A stretch of 64,000 nucleotides of DNA from Chiloscyllium plagiosum (GCF_004010195.1 NC_057718.1:100344425-100408424), one strand, 5' to 3'. Positions 39,235 through 52,515 are shown, numbered from the stretch's first letter. Notes: generated by a model from the letters alone, not told the origin. Numbers and translations: made by a program.

Positions 39235-40364
39235 TCCCCTATTACCTTCTTCTTTCCTCCCTCTACCTCAGATTTACTGTAGTGACATCTGATCTGAGGG
39301 TCCTTATTTATCTAGAGAGACTAAAGAAGGTGTACAAAGTTAAAAATCACATAACACTAGGTTATAGTCCAACAGGTTTAATTGGAAGCACTAGCTTTCA
39401 GAGCACTGCTCCTTCATCGGGTGGTTGTGGAGTAGGTGGGGTTGTCTGAATAAACATCCTTGATGGATTTATTAGTAACTATCATACAATGCTGGCCTCT
39501 AATTGATGGGAGATTTTGAATTTTCATAGACAAGAATCATTCTGAACGTTTTGTCTTTGCTTGCTTCGCCACTGTGTCAGGAATCTCATTGTCAGTCTGC
39601 ATCACCCTATATTCTGCCTTCTGTCTAGAACCGTGTAGGCACTGAGCCAGGGAAAGACTTAGCAATTGTATATAACATCATGCGAGTGTCCAAGCTTTTG
39701 TTTCCCAAGCACTGCCTTTGTTGACTAAACAATTGGCCATAATGATACAGTTTGCATCAAAATGATGTTGCAGAAACACTGCACTAATTGAATGCAGTTC
39801 ATAAACTGTCTTGTGCTCATGACATTCTTTGGTTTGATGTTCCATGCATAATCACCTTAAAAAGGAAACCAGTAAATTGCAAATTTCTCCATTTGAGGCA
39901 TGACTTAACTTTAGCATTAAAATAGCTCCACAATCAAACAGTACTGCACTTGCTATACTTACCATGCTATAGTCAGGATGTAAATGCACTGGAGAGGTTG
40001 GGGAAGAGATTTACAAGAATAATTCCAGGGATGAGAAGCATCTGTTCTGAGGATAGATCAGAGAAGTTGAAACTCTTTCTCTTAGAGGAAAGAGGCTAAC
40101 AAGAGATTTGATAAAACTTCTTAAAAATCATTGACAGTCTGGACAGAGCAGACAGAGAGAAACTGTACCCATTCATAAGAGGATTGCAAAGCAGAGGGCA
40201 GCACAATGTTAGAATGATTTGCAAAAGCAGGAAATGTTGATGAGTGAAAACTCTCAAGATTGTGAACGACAGCGACCCTTGCAGGAACTCAGTGGTATTG
40301 TAGTACCTGAGAATTTGAGTCCATCTGCTCTCTGGTGGTCACATTTATGTAGCTTTACATTCCA

Positions 40365-40685
40365 GTACAGTACTGGGAAAGTTCTAAATATTGAAGGTGA
40401 CTTCTTTCAGATGAGATGTTAAAACCAAGACACTGTCTACCTACTTGTGTGGATGCAAATGACCTAAGACACAATTTTGAAGAAGGACAGTATAAATATC
40501 CCTAGGTTCCATGCCACTATTTACCCCTGATTCAACATCACAAGAAATAGATTCTCATTTATTGTTACCTTGCCGTTTGTGGGAGCTTCCTGTGCTCAAA
40601 TTGCTGCTACCATTCAACAGTGACCATACTTTGTTAAAAACATACGGGCTTTGAGACATCTGGAGGTCATGAATAGTGCTAATCC
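40365..40685 (+). mobile_element. DeuSINE-like element; related copies at ~30470-30700, ~34990-35185, ~41310-41710, ~46445-46835, ~49335-49680
   Basis: Shared motifs cagatgagatgttaaacc…tgtgggagctt.ctgtg..caaattg(g)ctg and a tail ctttgagacatc.tgaggt, recalled as Deu-domain like. Some copies keep a tRNA B box. Confidence 0.6.
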
Positions 40686-40986
40686 TCTTTTTTTAAGTAT
40701 TTATCCACCTGAAATGTGTGTATAATCCTTTCCTGTTGCAATGCTGAAATCTGAAAGTTGGTACTTTAATGCATCTGTAGTGCCTCAATAATTTGTCTGA
40801 AGCACTTGGATAGCTGTGTCTTATTTAAATAGGCAACAAGAAAATTGTGAACAATGGTCATGTTTGGTTAATGCTGTTAGGCTAAGATTGATGTACTGAG
40901 GATTGTTAGCATTCAAACAGTAAGCAGCTTGGTCCTATTAAACCTTTTCTACCAAAGTCATTTTCTCCTATTTGGACCTTACACAG

Positions 40987-41113
40987 GAGCTTGTGGATTA
41001 TTTACGAGCATATTCTCACAGTGCTGTCTACGCTACCTCAATGCCTCCCCCAATTGTGGAACAGATTATCAGATCACTAAAGTGTATCATGGGACTTGAT
41101 GGAACAACAATAG
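40987..41113 (+). CDS. SPTLC3: SPTLC3 coding exon (127 nt): [42 protein letters not shown](G)
   Basis: Acceptor cttacacag, donor GTGAGA at 41114. Not in the ORF track; translated by hand. Confidence 0.95.
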
Positions 41114-41789
41114 GTGAGAAACATAAAGAATTTGAATTTTTTTAATAATGCATGATAACTATGTATCTTACAGCTCCCTTTTCCTGTGGCCTGGATGCGT
41201 GCTGTTCAGTTACTGTTGACAATTCAAATGAGAAGTCACAGACCTCCAGTAAATTGTGGAATATTTTCTCCTCTATCCATGTGGTAGTCAGCTGAGGCTT
41301 AGGAAGGATAACATTACCACCACTGAAGGTTTGAGTTCTTTTCCCTCTCCAAGAATGGAGCACAGTGATTAAGGCAGATATCCCTGCGTAGTACTGACGG
41401 ACCACTGCGTGGTCAGAGATGCAGTTTTCAGATGAGATGTTAAACCAAAGGTCAGTTCTGAAAAGATTCTATGTCATTATTTCAAAGAAGCGCAGGAGAG
41501 TTCTCCAGGGCCCTAGACAATGTTTAGCATCCTGTTAACATTGCAAAAGTGATGATTCTGATCGAATCTGACCATTATCAAATAACTGTTTGCAGGAGCT
41601 TGCTGTGTGTAAACTGATTATAATGCTTCCTGCATTTCAACACACTTGAAAAGGCACTTCACTGGTTATGAACTGCTTTGAGAGATCCTGAGGCTGTGAA
41701 AGTCACTATTCCTTAATTATAAAAAGCACAAATTATGCACACAGGAGATATGTCACTGATGTTCTTTGCATCCTTCTATTTCTCTGCAG

Positions 41790-41925
41790 GTATTGAGCGA
41801 GTGCATCAGCTGAGAGAGAATGCCCGCTACTTCCGACGGCGCTTGCGTGAGATGGGCTTCATCACTTATGGGAATGATGATTCTCCCGTGGTACCATTGC
41901 TGTTGTACATGCCTGGCAAAGTAGG
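41790..41925 (+). CDS. SPTLC3: SPTLC3 coding exon (136 nt): [44 protein letters not shown](G)
   Basis: Acceptor tatttctctgcag, donor GTATGT at 41926. Lies within ORF 41735..42055. Confidence 0.95.
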
Positions 41926-43045
41926 GTATGTTGTCCTGGCCTGTTTTACAAGCTCATTCCTCCTGCAAAAGATACTAAGGGTATCTTTATTCCCTGGATT
42001 AATGGCACTACGTGAACTCATTGGTGTTCAATGCTTTTCCCATCTTCCTGTGTAGCCTCGTGCCTTCACTTAGACTGTGTCACAATCTCTCGTGTACTCT
42101 GGCCTACGCAAGCTCCCCTGCTGTCAGTACTTGATTTTAAAATCATTGTCCCTTTCTCTAGAATCCTCTCCAGCCCCATAATCATGAGATCTCTGCCTAT
42201 CTCTAATTCCTGCCTCCTTGAACATCCTCAACTTGCATTGCTCCACCATTGGTAGTATGTCGTCAACTGCCATCCCTCTCAGACTCCCTATGCCTCCACC
42301 TCTCTCACCTCCTATAAGACACCCCTTAAAACCAACCAGTTTAACCAAGCTATCAGTCACATGTCCCAATATTGCCATAGGACAGAGGTGAAGTGAACTT
42401 TATTTCTGAGGTTTGTGCATCTTTGGAAATCTGGCTCAGAAAGTAGTGGATACAGTTTCTAACTCGGGAGCTCATGAGTCTGTGGAATTGTCTTGCATAA
42501 AGTGTGCTGATGGTAGATCGTTGAACATATTCAAGGCTGAGTTAGATAGATTTTATAAGAAAACAAACTGCAAGATGCTGAAGATCTGAAACAAAAAAAA
42601 AACAGGAATTGGTGAAGGGGTCAGTTCTGACAAAGGGTCACTTGACTCAAACCTTTTAACTCTGTTTTTCTCTCTACTAAAGCCACCAGACCTGCTGAGT
42701 TTCTCCAACATTCTGTTTTCGTTTTATTTTAAGTAAGTAGTGGGGATGGTGTCATTGAATATTTTTAAGGCAGGGATGAATCGGTTCTTGTTAGGTAAGG
42801 AAGTCAAAGTATTGGTGATGGATGTCAATATGGAATTCAGAAAGCAAGCCTTATAAATGGTGGAGCAGGCTGAAGGGGCCCATTGGCCTTAATTATGCTG
42901 TTATTTCATGTGTTCATATGTAGTTTGGTGTCATTTATTTATCACATTTTACCATAAGAAAGGTGCTTTCCAATGCAATCTTTTTTTTGTTGTCACTATA
43001 ATGTTTCTCAAACAGCTGTGTGATAACTAGACACTCTGCTTTCAG

Positions 43046-43175
43046 TGCATTTGCCAGGAGAATGCTGAAGAAGAATATTGGGGTAGTAGTAGTGGGATTT
43101 CCAGCCACTCCCATTGTGGAATCTCGGGCTCGCTTCTGCCTGTCTGCAGCCCATACACGCCAGATGCTGGACACG
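43046..43175 (+). CDS. SPTLC3: SPTLC3 coding exon (130 nt): [43 protein letters not shown]
   Basis: Acceptor ctctgctttcag, donor GTGAGT at 43176. Contains the [15 protein letters not shown] motif. Confidence 0.95.
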
Positions 43176-46100
43176 GTGAGTTTCTGCTGAGCATTCACCT
43201 TTCACTTTTTTAATTGGGCCGAATATTTGTTCAAGTAACTCTTGTTTTTCAATTCATATCTTAATAACAAATCCATGGCGTTCACGGCTGGTGAAGAGCA
43301 CAGATAGAGACAGGTAGACATCTGCATAAGGGGGGGCAGGGGAGGGGCAGTGGTGTAGTAGTAATGCTACTGAGGTGGTACTGAAGACATTCAGCCTAAT
43401 AGTCTTGGGACATGTGTTCAGGCATGGTAGATAGTCAAATTTAAATTCAATAAAAACTAGTCCAATGTTGACTGTCATAACTAGGCAAGGCCAGCATTTA
43501 TTGCCATCTCAAACCAACATCCATATGTAGAATTAGGCAGCAAAACCTTTGAGATTTATAAAGGTTTTATTGTAACTCTACATTTAAACGTAAACACCAG
43601 TTTCCACCTTTTCCCTCTGGATACTTTTCCTGCCCAGAAGCCAAACCCCTCTGGGAAAGAACCCAGCTCTTTCTTTTTTCAACCTGTGAGGAGCAGCAGG
43701 TAGGACTTTGAACCTGGACCTTTGCCCCAGGTGTAGGAACACACGGACTACTCCTAAGAACCCAAAGAGCTCAAATCTTAATTTAATTATCCACCACCAG
43801 TTCAAGCAATTATCGATTAACCAAAAAGAAACACTGCCCAGCAGAAGCAGCATGACGATAAAAAAAATCAAAATAGTGGGGAAACAAGGGAGGGAACTAA
43901 ATCAAAATAGTGTTAGTTGGAGGGGGGGGAGAAAGAGAGACCCCCATCCCAGCCCCTGCCATGCCACCTGCCAGAGCCTTCAGGGAGCTGGTGGACACGG
44001 TATGCTCCCTCTCCAGGGAGACCTAGGCATGGATACCATCTCCTTTTTTTTCATCTTCATCCTTTATTTTGTATTTTTATTGAAGACCCATCACCCAATG
44101 AATTAACAGAAGTTGTAACTATTAACAAATTCTATTAACCAGGGGCAGTGGCACAACAAAAACCAAAAAGGTGGAGGCAAACAAGACTAAAGGACTAAAT
44201 CAAAATAATGTTGGTGGAGGAAATAATGCACAGCCAGCCCCTCCTTCCGGTGAAGTGCCTTTGGCAGGTTTCGAGTTACAGGGACTGGATGCAAGCTCTT
44301 CATGCAGCAGCTGGGCCTGCTTCAGGGCATGGCTAATCTTTTTGCAGTTGGAATTGTGAAGTCCCAAACGCCAAAAGGTTTTTGTTCATACATTAACGAG
44401 TTCTTGACTGTTCTCTTAGGCTGTTTGGGATGAACTTCAGGCAAACTGATGCAAGCCACTAGAGGGTAGTTTGGCGACAATTCTGATCCTGAGACAAACC
44501 AGCTCGTTCTTCTTTTAACTTCAGTTTTCTGAAATTTCGAGTCAGGAGGAAGGCAGTTAGTCCTTCAAGCCTATCCCAATATACAATGAAATCACACTTG
44601 ATTTTTATCGTAAATGTATTAACTGGCCTTTGTTCCACAACTTTTGTATCTCTAACCTCCTCAAGCCTTCTAAGTGCACTCAGTCTCCTGAGCATTGCTG
44701 ACGTTTATCGTTCCACTATTGTTTGCCATGCCTTCTACCACTTGCACCTAACCCCCTCTCAAAATCTGCTCTCTTCCTTAAAATCATACTGTGCCTTGAC
44801 ATCTCCTTACGTGGCTCAATGTCACATTTTTTTGTTAATGTCTGCATAAGGCTTCTTATTACATGAAGTGAGCTATCCAAATGCAAATCATTGTTGTTGT
44901 TACATCCTTGCCTCGCAAAAGTTGTCAATCTAGGTGTCAAAGTTATTTATTGATCTCCAGCCTCAATAGCTTTTAGCTGGCAGAGAGTTTCTGATTTGGA
45001 TGTGCATTCCTTCCCATTTTAAACCTTTCATTTCCATTTACTGTCTGACTTCACTCCGACCTTGTGAACACACCAGTTGTTTCTCAGTCATTAAAACACA
45101 TCCTAGCTGCCCCAGATAAGACTTGATTCTGTCCAGGCAGAGCCACCCTTGAAGATGGATATGAAAGCCCTTGAGATGGTGCAGTAGAGGTTTGCCAGAT
45201 GGTTCCCAGGTCAGAAACATAGAAACCGGGAGGAAACTTAGGCCATTGAGCCCTTGGAGCCAACTCTGATGTTCCGTATGATCATGGCTGATCCTCTCTC
45301 AATGCTATATTCCCATCTCCTTCCAATTTCTCAAGCCTCCACAACTTTCTGTGGTAGAGAATTCTACAGGATTCTGAAAAAAACCTTCCTCAACTCAGTC
45401 CTGCATGCTCTACCATATATCCTGAGGATCTGCCCCTTGTTCTCGACTTATAACCAGGAGAAAAATCCTCCCTGCAACAAGTCTGTCCAGCCCTGTTAGA
45501 ATTTTATACATTTTAGATCCTATCTCATCCTTCTAAACTGCTGTGAATGCAGGCCCAATGAAATCAATGTCCCCTTGTGGGACAGTACTGCCATTCTCAG
45601 TTGAGGGAATTTCGCAAGGAGGTTAGGTTGAGCAATGCTGTTCTTCTTGGGGCAGAGGAGGCTAACAGGAGATTTGCGAGAAATGTCCAAGGTACATAAA
45701 GAAAAGCTATTTTCATCAGCTGGTTTGTCTGAAAGTGAGGGAACATGGTTTTAAGGTTTAGAAGGTGTGATACAGGGAATGTGACCTGCATCTTGCTGCC
45801 CACGAGGTTGGTGAATGACTAGATGATCAATGTTTTTAAAAAAGGAACGGGCACTTGACGGAAATGAAATTACAGAGTTACAAGGAAAGTGTGGAGGAGT
45901 GGGTCTGTCAGGATTGCTGTCCAGAGAAACAACATAGATTTAATGGGTCAAAGGTTCTGTATTTGCTCTTTAATAACTCTATATATAATGTGAGTGATGT
46001 GGGTCCACAGAGCTGATGGGAAGTCTTGACTGGATTAAGTGTCAGTCAGGCACATAACTGGCCAGTATCCACCCTCCTCAAAGTTCAGGCTGAATTTGAC

Positions 46101-46863
46101 ATGACTGAGTCATCCATATCAATTTCTGGTATTCATGCATGGGATGTGGACATCGCTGGCTGGGCCAGCACTCATTACCCATCCCTAATCGCTTTGGAGA
46201 AGATGGTGCTGAGCTGCTGCTTTGAACCATTGCAGTCCACACAGTGCAAGGCTGTTACAAAGGGAGTTTCAGAATACTGACCCGGCGGCAATGAAGGAAT
46301 GACTGATATCATTCCAAGTCAAGATGGTATGTGACTTGTATAGGGTACTTGCAGCTGATGGTGTTCCTTTTACCTCATTTGCTGCCCTTGATCTCCTTGG
46401 GGCAAAGGTTTGGAAAGTGCTGCCCAAGGATGCTTGCTGAGTTGCTCATGCTCTCAGCTCTAAACTACAAGACGATGGGTCCAAGTCCCACTCCAGGGCT
46501 TAAGCACAATGATAAAGGCCGACACTCCTGGTGCTCCATTATCGGAGTTACTGCCTTTTCGATGAGACATTAAACCAAAATCTCCAATGACGGCTCAGGT
46601 GAATGTAAAAGCTCCTGTGATACTGCTTTAAAAAAGGGCCTGGTGTCCCAGCCAGTACTAATCCATTAATCAACATCACAAAACAGGTGGTTTGCTCTTT
46701 ATCACATTGATTGTGGGATCATGCTGTGCTGAAATTGGCCATGGCATTTTCTGCTTTACAATAGTGACTACACTTGAGGTTCTTCATTGGCTGTAATCCT
46801 CCCTCATATTTCTGAAGGTACTATATAAAGGCAGTTTTTTAAAATGAATATTAACCATTGCAG

Positions 46864-46977
46864 GTGCTGAATGTCCTGGATGAAATGGGTGACTACCTAC
46901 GATTCAAGTACTCCAGGCGGTCTCCCTCTGTTCGTCCTGAGCTCTACAATGAGTCAGACTTTGAATTGGAAGACTGA
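46864..46977 (+). CDS. SPTLC3: SPTLC3 last coding exon: VLNVLDEMGDYLRFKYSRRSPSVRPELYNESDFELED*
   Basis: Acceptor cattgcag, stop TGA at 46975-46977. The C-terminus resembles SPTLC3 (…RPELYDETSFELED, as recalled) rather than SPTLC2. Confidence 0.93.
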   Translation: MLNVLDEMGDYLRFKYSRRSPSVRPELYNESDFELED

Positions 46978-49900
46978 ACTACCTCTGCAATGTGGAGCAT
47001 ATGCATTGTACCACATGCGCCTCTCCGCCGCTCCCCAGTCACAGAAACAGCATGCATGTGCATGCACCTCTTCGTCTTTAATGTACGTGAATCGGGGGGT
47101 GGGCAGGGGAATAAGGGGAGCAGGAGGAGGCTGCAGCAAGACAATGAACCTATCCAAGCATGCAGAGAGAGAGAGGCTTCGAGCAATCTAGGGCAGAGTT
47201 ATTCGCCAGTAACATACCACTGATGGCCTTGGACAGATGCTCCTCTATAACGTGCCCAGCACTGTGACAGAAGCAAGAAGCTGAGAGACCAGTGAGAGAG
47301 AAAAAAAATCAAAGAGCTTGGTTCACAAGTCCTGCAGCTGTCCTTTCTACAGATGTTTGTTCACTTGTGCAGTTTGTCAATTTTGGAGTATTTTTAAAAG
47401 AAAGGAAAAAAATTATTTAAAAAACATTGTTGCTGTTACTCCAGGCGAGAATTTAAATTTTAAAAAAAATCTTTCTATGCAACTATTGTAATAAATATTC
47501 ATTCAGGAATTAGCCAAAAGTTAAACTCAGGCATTTTTGGGTGGGTCTTTGTTAGAATTTAATTCACCTGCAATTGGATTTTCAAGCCGATATTATTCAT
47601 AACTCTGGATGTTTTGATGGGGAACTGACACCAAAGATTTGTCTAATCATATGGAGTTTTGTTGAAAGGTTATGGAAAATAATATACCTGTAAATACAGA
47701 AATTATAATTTTTGTAAACCTTTATCTAAAGTCCTGTTGAGATTAATTTAAAATATTATTCTGGGGGAATGCAAGGCATATACTGAATGCTCAAAAAGAG
47801 TGGTTTGGTTTGTTTTTAAAATGTGAAATTCTTCCTGCGCGAGTGTAATATTTGGGGGATAAAAGCTTTTTTAAGGGGAGCAAAATATGGTTAATTGCTT
47901 CAGATTTCTATCCATGTTTGATATTTATAAAGTTAATTTGAGTTATCTTCTTTGCCTCGTTTTAAAATAATCTGGGCTTTACATGCTGCTTGCCCACCCT
48001 GTCCTGTTTTCCTTCAGCTCATGGGAGAGAGGGAAGAGTGTCTCAGTTGTAAGGCATAAGTCATGGGCTCCAATGCTGCTCCTGCCCAGGGCCCCTGATC
48101 CAGGCATAGATCTCCCCTTGCCTTCCTGGACCCTGGAGTTCCTTAGCCCAAGCCACAGTTGCCTGCTTGACCACCATTGTGCTGTGATTCTCCTTGGGGT
48201 GATGATCGCAAGGCCTTTCTCCCACCTGGAGCTTCCAGTCCAGCGTTGATTTCAACCCCCCCCCCCCCCCCCCCCCCCCCCCGAGTGAATGTCTGTGACA
48301 AACAGACTGCTCAACCCTACTATTGCCCCACATCACTCAAAGTCCATGCTTCTCAATCTGATTTAGCATATAGATAGTCACCAGCTAGGTCCCTTCACAT
48401 CCTGGAGTTGCCAATTCATCCAGCAGTGAAGCAGCTCCATGATGAAGGGCAGATTCTGTCTTTTAACAAAAACACACAGTCCATTATCACTGCAGTTTTT
48501 CGCAGGTTATTCTTTAAGAATATAGACCTTTGCTTAAACACTTAAAAAGAAAGGTTAAGCGACATTGTTTTGATTCATACATCCAGCATGTAGCTCAAAC
48601 TATAACATGCACACTTCTGCGATTGTTACTTCTTTGTCCCTTTAGAAGAAATGGAACAATTTGCAGAATTCAATGTCTTCCAGATTATTAAACAGATGAT
48701 ATAATAAAAGCTCAGTTATTCTAAACCAGTGGCTCTCATTAATGCTTAAATTCCATAACTTTAACAGGATATGTTATCACAATGGATTCAAATTTTAATT
48801 GTCTTTTATCCCTAGTATCACTATTGCTGTAATTTCACAGAATGTTGTTGACTGCAACTCTGACTTCGGAACGGCATCCCTTTAGGAAGTCAGCTTGAAA
48901 ACAGAGTAGGCCGTTACTGAAATTGTAGATTCACAAATTATTTCCATTCCTTTTAAGTCCTTTGAGGAATCAGTTTTAACACCCCTCAGCTTGCTGGCAA
49001 ATGGCTTCATTAGCAGCACTGAGCAGAACAGTCTGGCATATGGTACAGAGAATGTATTGGTTCCTCCTGCACTGTACTGCAGTTTTGTTTGCGCTGAACT
49101 CCAGTGTCACCAGTGGGATACAACTCAATCTGTCACTGTACTTTCTTGACTAAATGGAATAACATGTTCTCTGGTTTGGAGGCTGAAATGGTGCCAATTT
49201 TTACTGATCTGTACTTGCAGATGGAAGCTATGTCAAATGATTGGTTTTGAAGAACTTCTCCATCACAGACCAGTGAGTACAGCTGTCCTGAAGCTCTTTC
49301 TAAGTTGTAACTCTAGTCTCCCTGCAACATCAGCTGCAGTTCAGTTTGGTAGCACCACCATCTTGGGATCAGGAGGCGACAGGTTCAAATCCCACTCCAG
49401 AGATGAGCATGAAAATCTCAGCTACGCCCCCAGTGCAGCATTATCCAATTCCCGTTGTTTTGAAGAAGCAGATGGAACCTATCCACAGATGCCCTGGCCA
49501 AAATTGATCCCTCAATCAATATTGCAGAAAGTTATTTGTTTTCATTTTGCCGAAGCTTGCTGTTTACAAATTGGCTGCCACTTTTTGTGTGCTACACTTC
49601 GAACGTGCATCACTGCCTGTAGAGTGCTTTGGGATGACTTGAGGTCAGAACAGGCGCTTCAGAAATGCACTTCCATCTTACTGTCAGACCCGGTGGGACA
49701 GCAGCCAGCATAGTGTGGCTGTGGCTACTTGCAGACTGTTTGTGTGAATCAATTGGCTGCCTCATGAGGCTCTTAAACAATGTCATAACATGAAAGTACC
49801 TGGCACACAGACATGTGAATGATCTCTTTGAGGAGGCGTGCGCACTTGTCAGGCTTAATACCAAGCTCATTGGCAGGGGCAGGTGTAAAATAAATTCTCC

Positions 49901-52515
49901 TTGGCCACCAATCTAAAATGTCTTGGCACTCCCTAGCCAAGGCAAGCTCAAGTCTGGTAAAGGGTTGAGCAGCCACAGTCAGAAAGAGACAGTATTTCGA
50001 AGAAAAATGCCTGAAGCCTTATTTAGGACACTTCCAAGACCTACAGTTGCTTCCTGCCAATATAAAAACAATCTGATCCTTAATTTAGTTCACAATCAAT
50101 TAATTCACAATCTGGAGACTGTGAAAGAACAAGTGTTTAGATGGGTTTTTTTAATCCCTCAGTATTTTGAGGCTGTTGCAATGTTGCAGGCAAGCACTTT
50201 GCCTTGTAGCTGATAGTCTGAATTTAGCGTGTCCCAGGAGGAAATGTGCTCCTTTTCCGGCCCCCAACATCCTTGTTAGTCATCTTGACAGGCCACAAAT
50301 TTCTAACATGCATTTAATTCAATGCATGCTTGCGTGCACGGTGGGGTGTCTGTGGTGACACCTTTTCACAGCCGCCTTACCATCCGTGTACACATCTTTT
50401 CGCACTGAATTTGCTAAAGTAATCTAAAGTCTTTCAGTTTCAACATTTGTGCCATTTTTAGGATAACGCCCATCGAGCATAAAATAAAAAGTTGCAGTTT
50501 TACCTGTGGGAGTTGGTTGTAACCTGTAAAACTGCCTCCATTAATTTGTCTCTGACTTATTGCGTTGGATTGAAGTTTAACAGCCTCCTATTCTGGAGGA
50601 ACAAGGTCAGAATTCCTAATAAGTATTTGGGTTTGATGATGATTACCACATTTTTCTAGCTGTTGAAAGCTGTAAAAGCAGGCAATAGTGGGCCTGAAGA
50701 AGGATGGATTCACAGATTTACTGGGGTTATTGTCCTCGGTGGAAAACCGTTTGCCAAATCTATCCTCATCATGGTTACCTAACGATGAAACAATGTAAAT
50801 CCAGTTTCTTAAAAATGTGCAATTTCCTCCCTTGAGCCTGAGCAGATTGACAATTCAAACTAAGAGAGGGACTTTGTGAAAAAGCATTTATTTTTTAGAA
50901 AGCCAGGCAAATGTTGAGGTTACTTCAATTGCAGTTTTTAAATGGATTGCACCCATCATCTATCTGGACTTACACATATGCTCACTGGTTCGAAAGTCTG
51001 TTCCCAGAATTGGGAATTGTCTTGTTATCCTTCTGGTCAATGTAGCTATCGGTGGTTGTAATCATTCTCGGGATGTTGTGTTTCTATACTTTTAATCATA
51101 TCTAATTTTACTGCATTTACTAAGAGTCAATGTATCTGTCCAACTCTGGTAGTTAGATGGATGAGGCACATATTGAGTTAATTTTGTTCTGCAACACTTT
51201 CATCCAGGTTAGGGGAAGCAGGCAAAGGAAATCAGATGTTCCTTGGGCTCACTTAGGAATGATTCTGCTAATACAGCAATAAACCCCTGTTGAAAATGCA
51301 CAACACTTAAATTTACATGTAATTTTAACCCACAATCTCTGACCAGGTTTGAATTAATCCTGTCATCAATAGCACAGTCACCATGAATAAGCAAACATTT
51401 TTTTGTTTTAATATTCATTAGACATTTAAGATAAACTGAATGTCTACCCTTAGCCTGAATTTTTCCATGCCGTTCTGAAGGGGTTACAATGTCATTAAGA
51501 CTGTGGTGAAAAAAATTAATTTTAATCTTGTTACGTTTGTTAAAAGATGTTTAATAGAATTATTTTGTGAACCCATTCTAAGGGCTTGATAAATTCTAGA
51601 ATCAGTGATAGGCCATATCAGCCTATCAAGTCTGTTTCACCGTTCAGATTTGATAATCCTCAACTCCACTTGCTGCTTTTACCCCTTTAACCCTTGATTC
51701 TCTTCTGTCTTTCTCAGCTATGAATTATATTTAATGACCCAGTCTCTATAAGCCTTTTGTAGTAAAGGATTCCAGAGCTCACTACTTTCAGAGAAGAAAA
51801 TTCCTCATCTCTTACTCTGAGGATTTACCTTCTGGTTCTAGACTCTCCTACAAGGGAACTCTGTATCTAACCTGCCAAGCCCTCCAACAACCTTACATGT
51901 TTCAAAAGGATTCATTCTTCTAAACTCCAGTGATTATACGTTAAGTCAGTCCATGCAAATCTCATTGTTTACTACTTAAAGTTGCAGTTGTGGAGGGAGA
52001 ATGAATCCTAGATAGTTCTGTCAAGACATTCAATTGATTCAGGTACCCAAAGCAAAAATGAATATGGTAGAAAAATTATTTAACTTGCAATTTCATTATT
52101 AAATATGGCAGTTTATGAACTATAAGGAAGCAAGTTGCAAGCGTGTGTCTTTAAGCTCTAACTACATGCACTGAGCCACGGGAAATAACATGGCCAGCAT
52201 GTACAATCTCAAAAGAAGGCCCATGCCTCTCTCCAGATAATTGACCACTGGTTATGGCAGGGTCTGAGAGTGGAGTTGTGTACACAAAGTGATTGGCAAG
52301 GATAAATTTGCAAGTTTAATCTATGTGCGATCTCCATTTGCTTTAAAGTATTGAGTGTGAAAGGTTTGCATATATTTGTATACTGATTCTTTTTTAATAC
52401 GTAATGGACCAGAAATAAATTACAACTCCTTTTGTCACATCATTTTGTTTTGTATGTCTGATGAAGATGCATGACTGGCCTGAGCAAATAAAGCCTTTTG
52501 CGTTCCCTTAACTCT
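46978..52515 (+). other. SPTLC3: Probable SPTLC3 3' UTR with alternative polyadenylation signals
   Basis: AT-rich and comparatively repeat-poor. AATAAA at 47490, 48703, 50483 and 52487, the last followed by a U/GU-rich tract. The true end cannot be fixed without RNA data. Confidence 0.45.
48256..48282. repeat. Poly-C/G tract (~27 nt)
   Basis: Homopolymer run seen directly. Confidence 0.9.

Noticed and set aside
38938..39282. ORF extension [15 protein letters not shown]… as an alternative C-terminus
   Set aside because: Read-through into the intron and CT microsatellite. The next exon at 40987 continues the conserved protein in phase.
2083..46977. Calling the gene SPTLC2
   Set aside because: Most diagnostic residues and the C-terminus match SPTLC3 as recalled. 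Some uncertainty remains without phylogeny or synteny.
46871..47223. Overlapping ORFs across the last exon and UTR
   Set aside because: Alternative frames without recognisable homology. The spliced frame stops at 46977.
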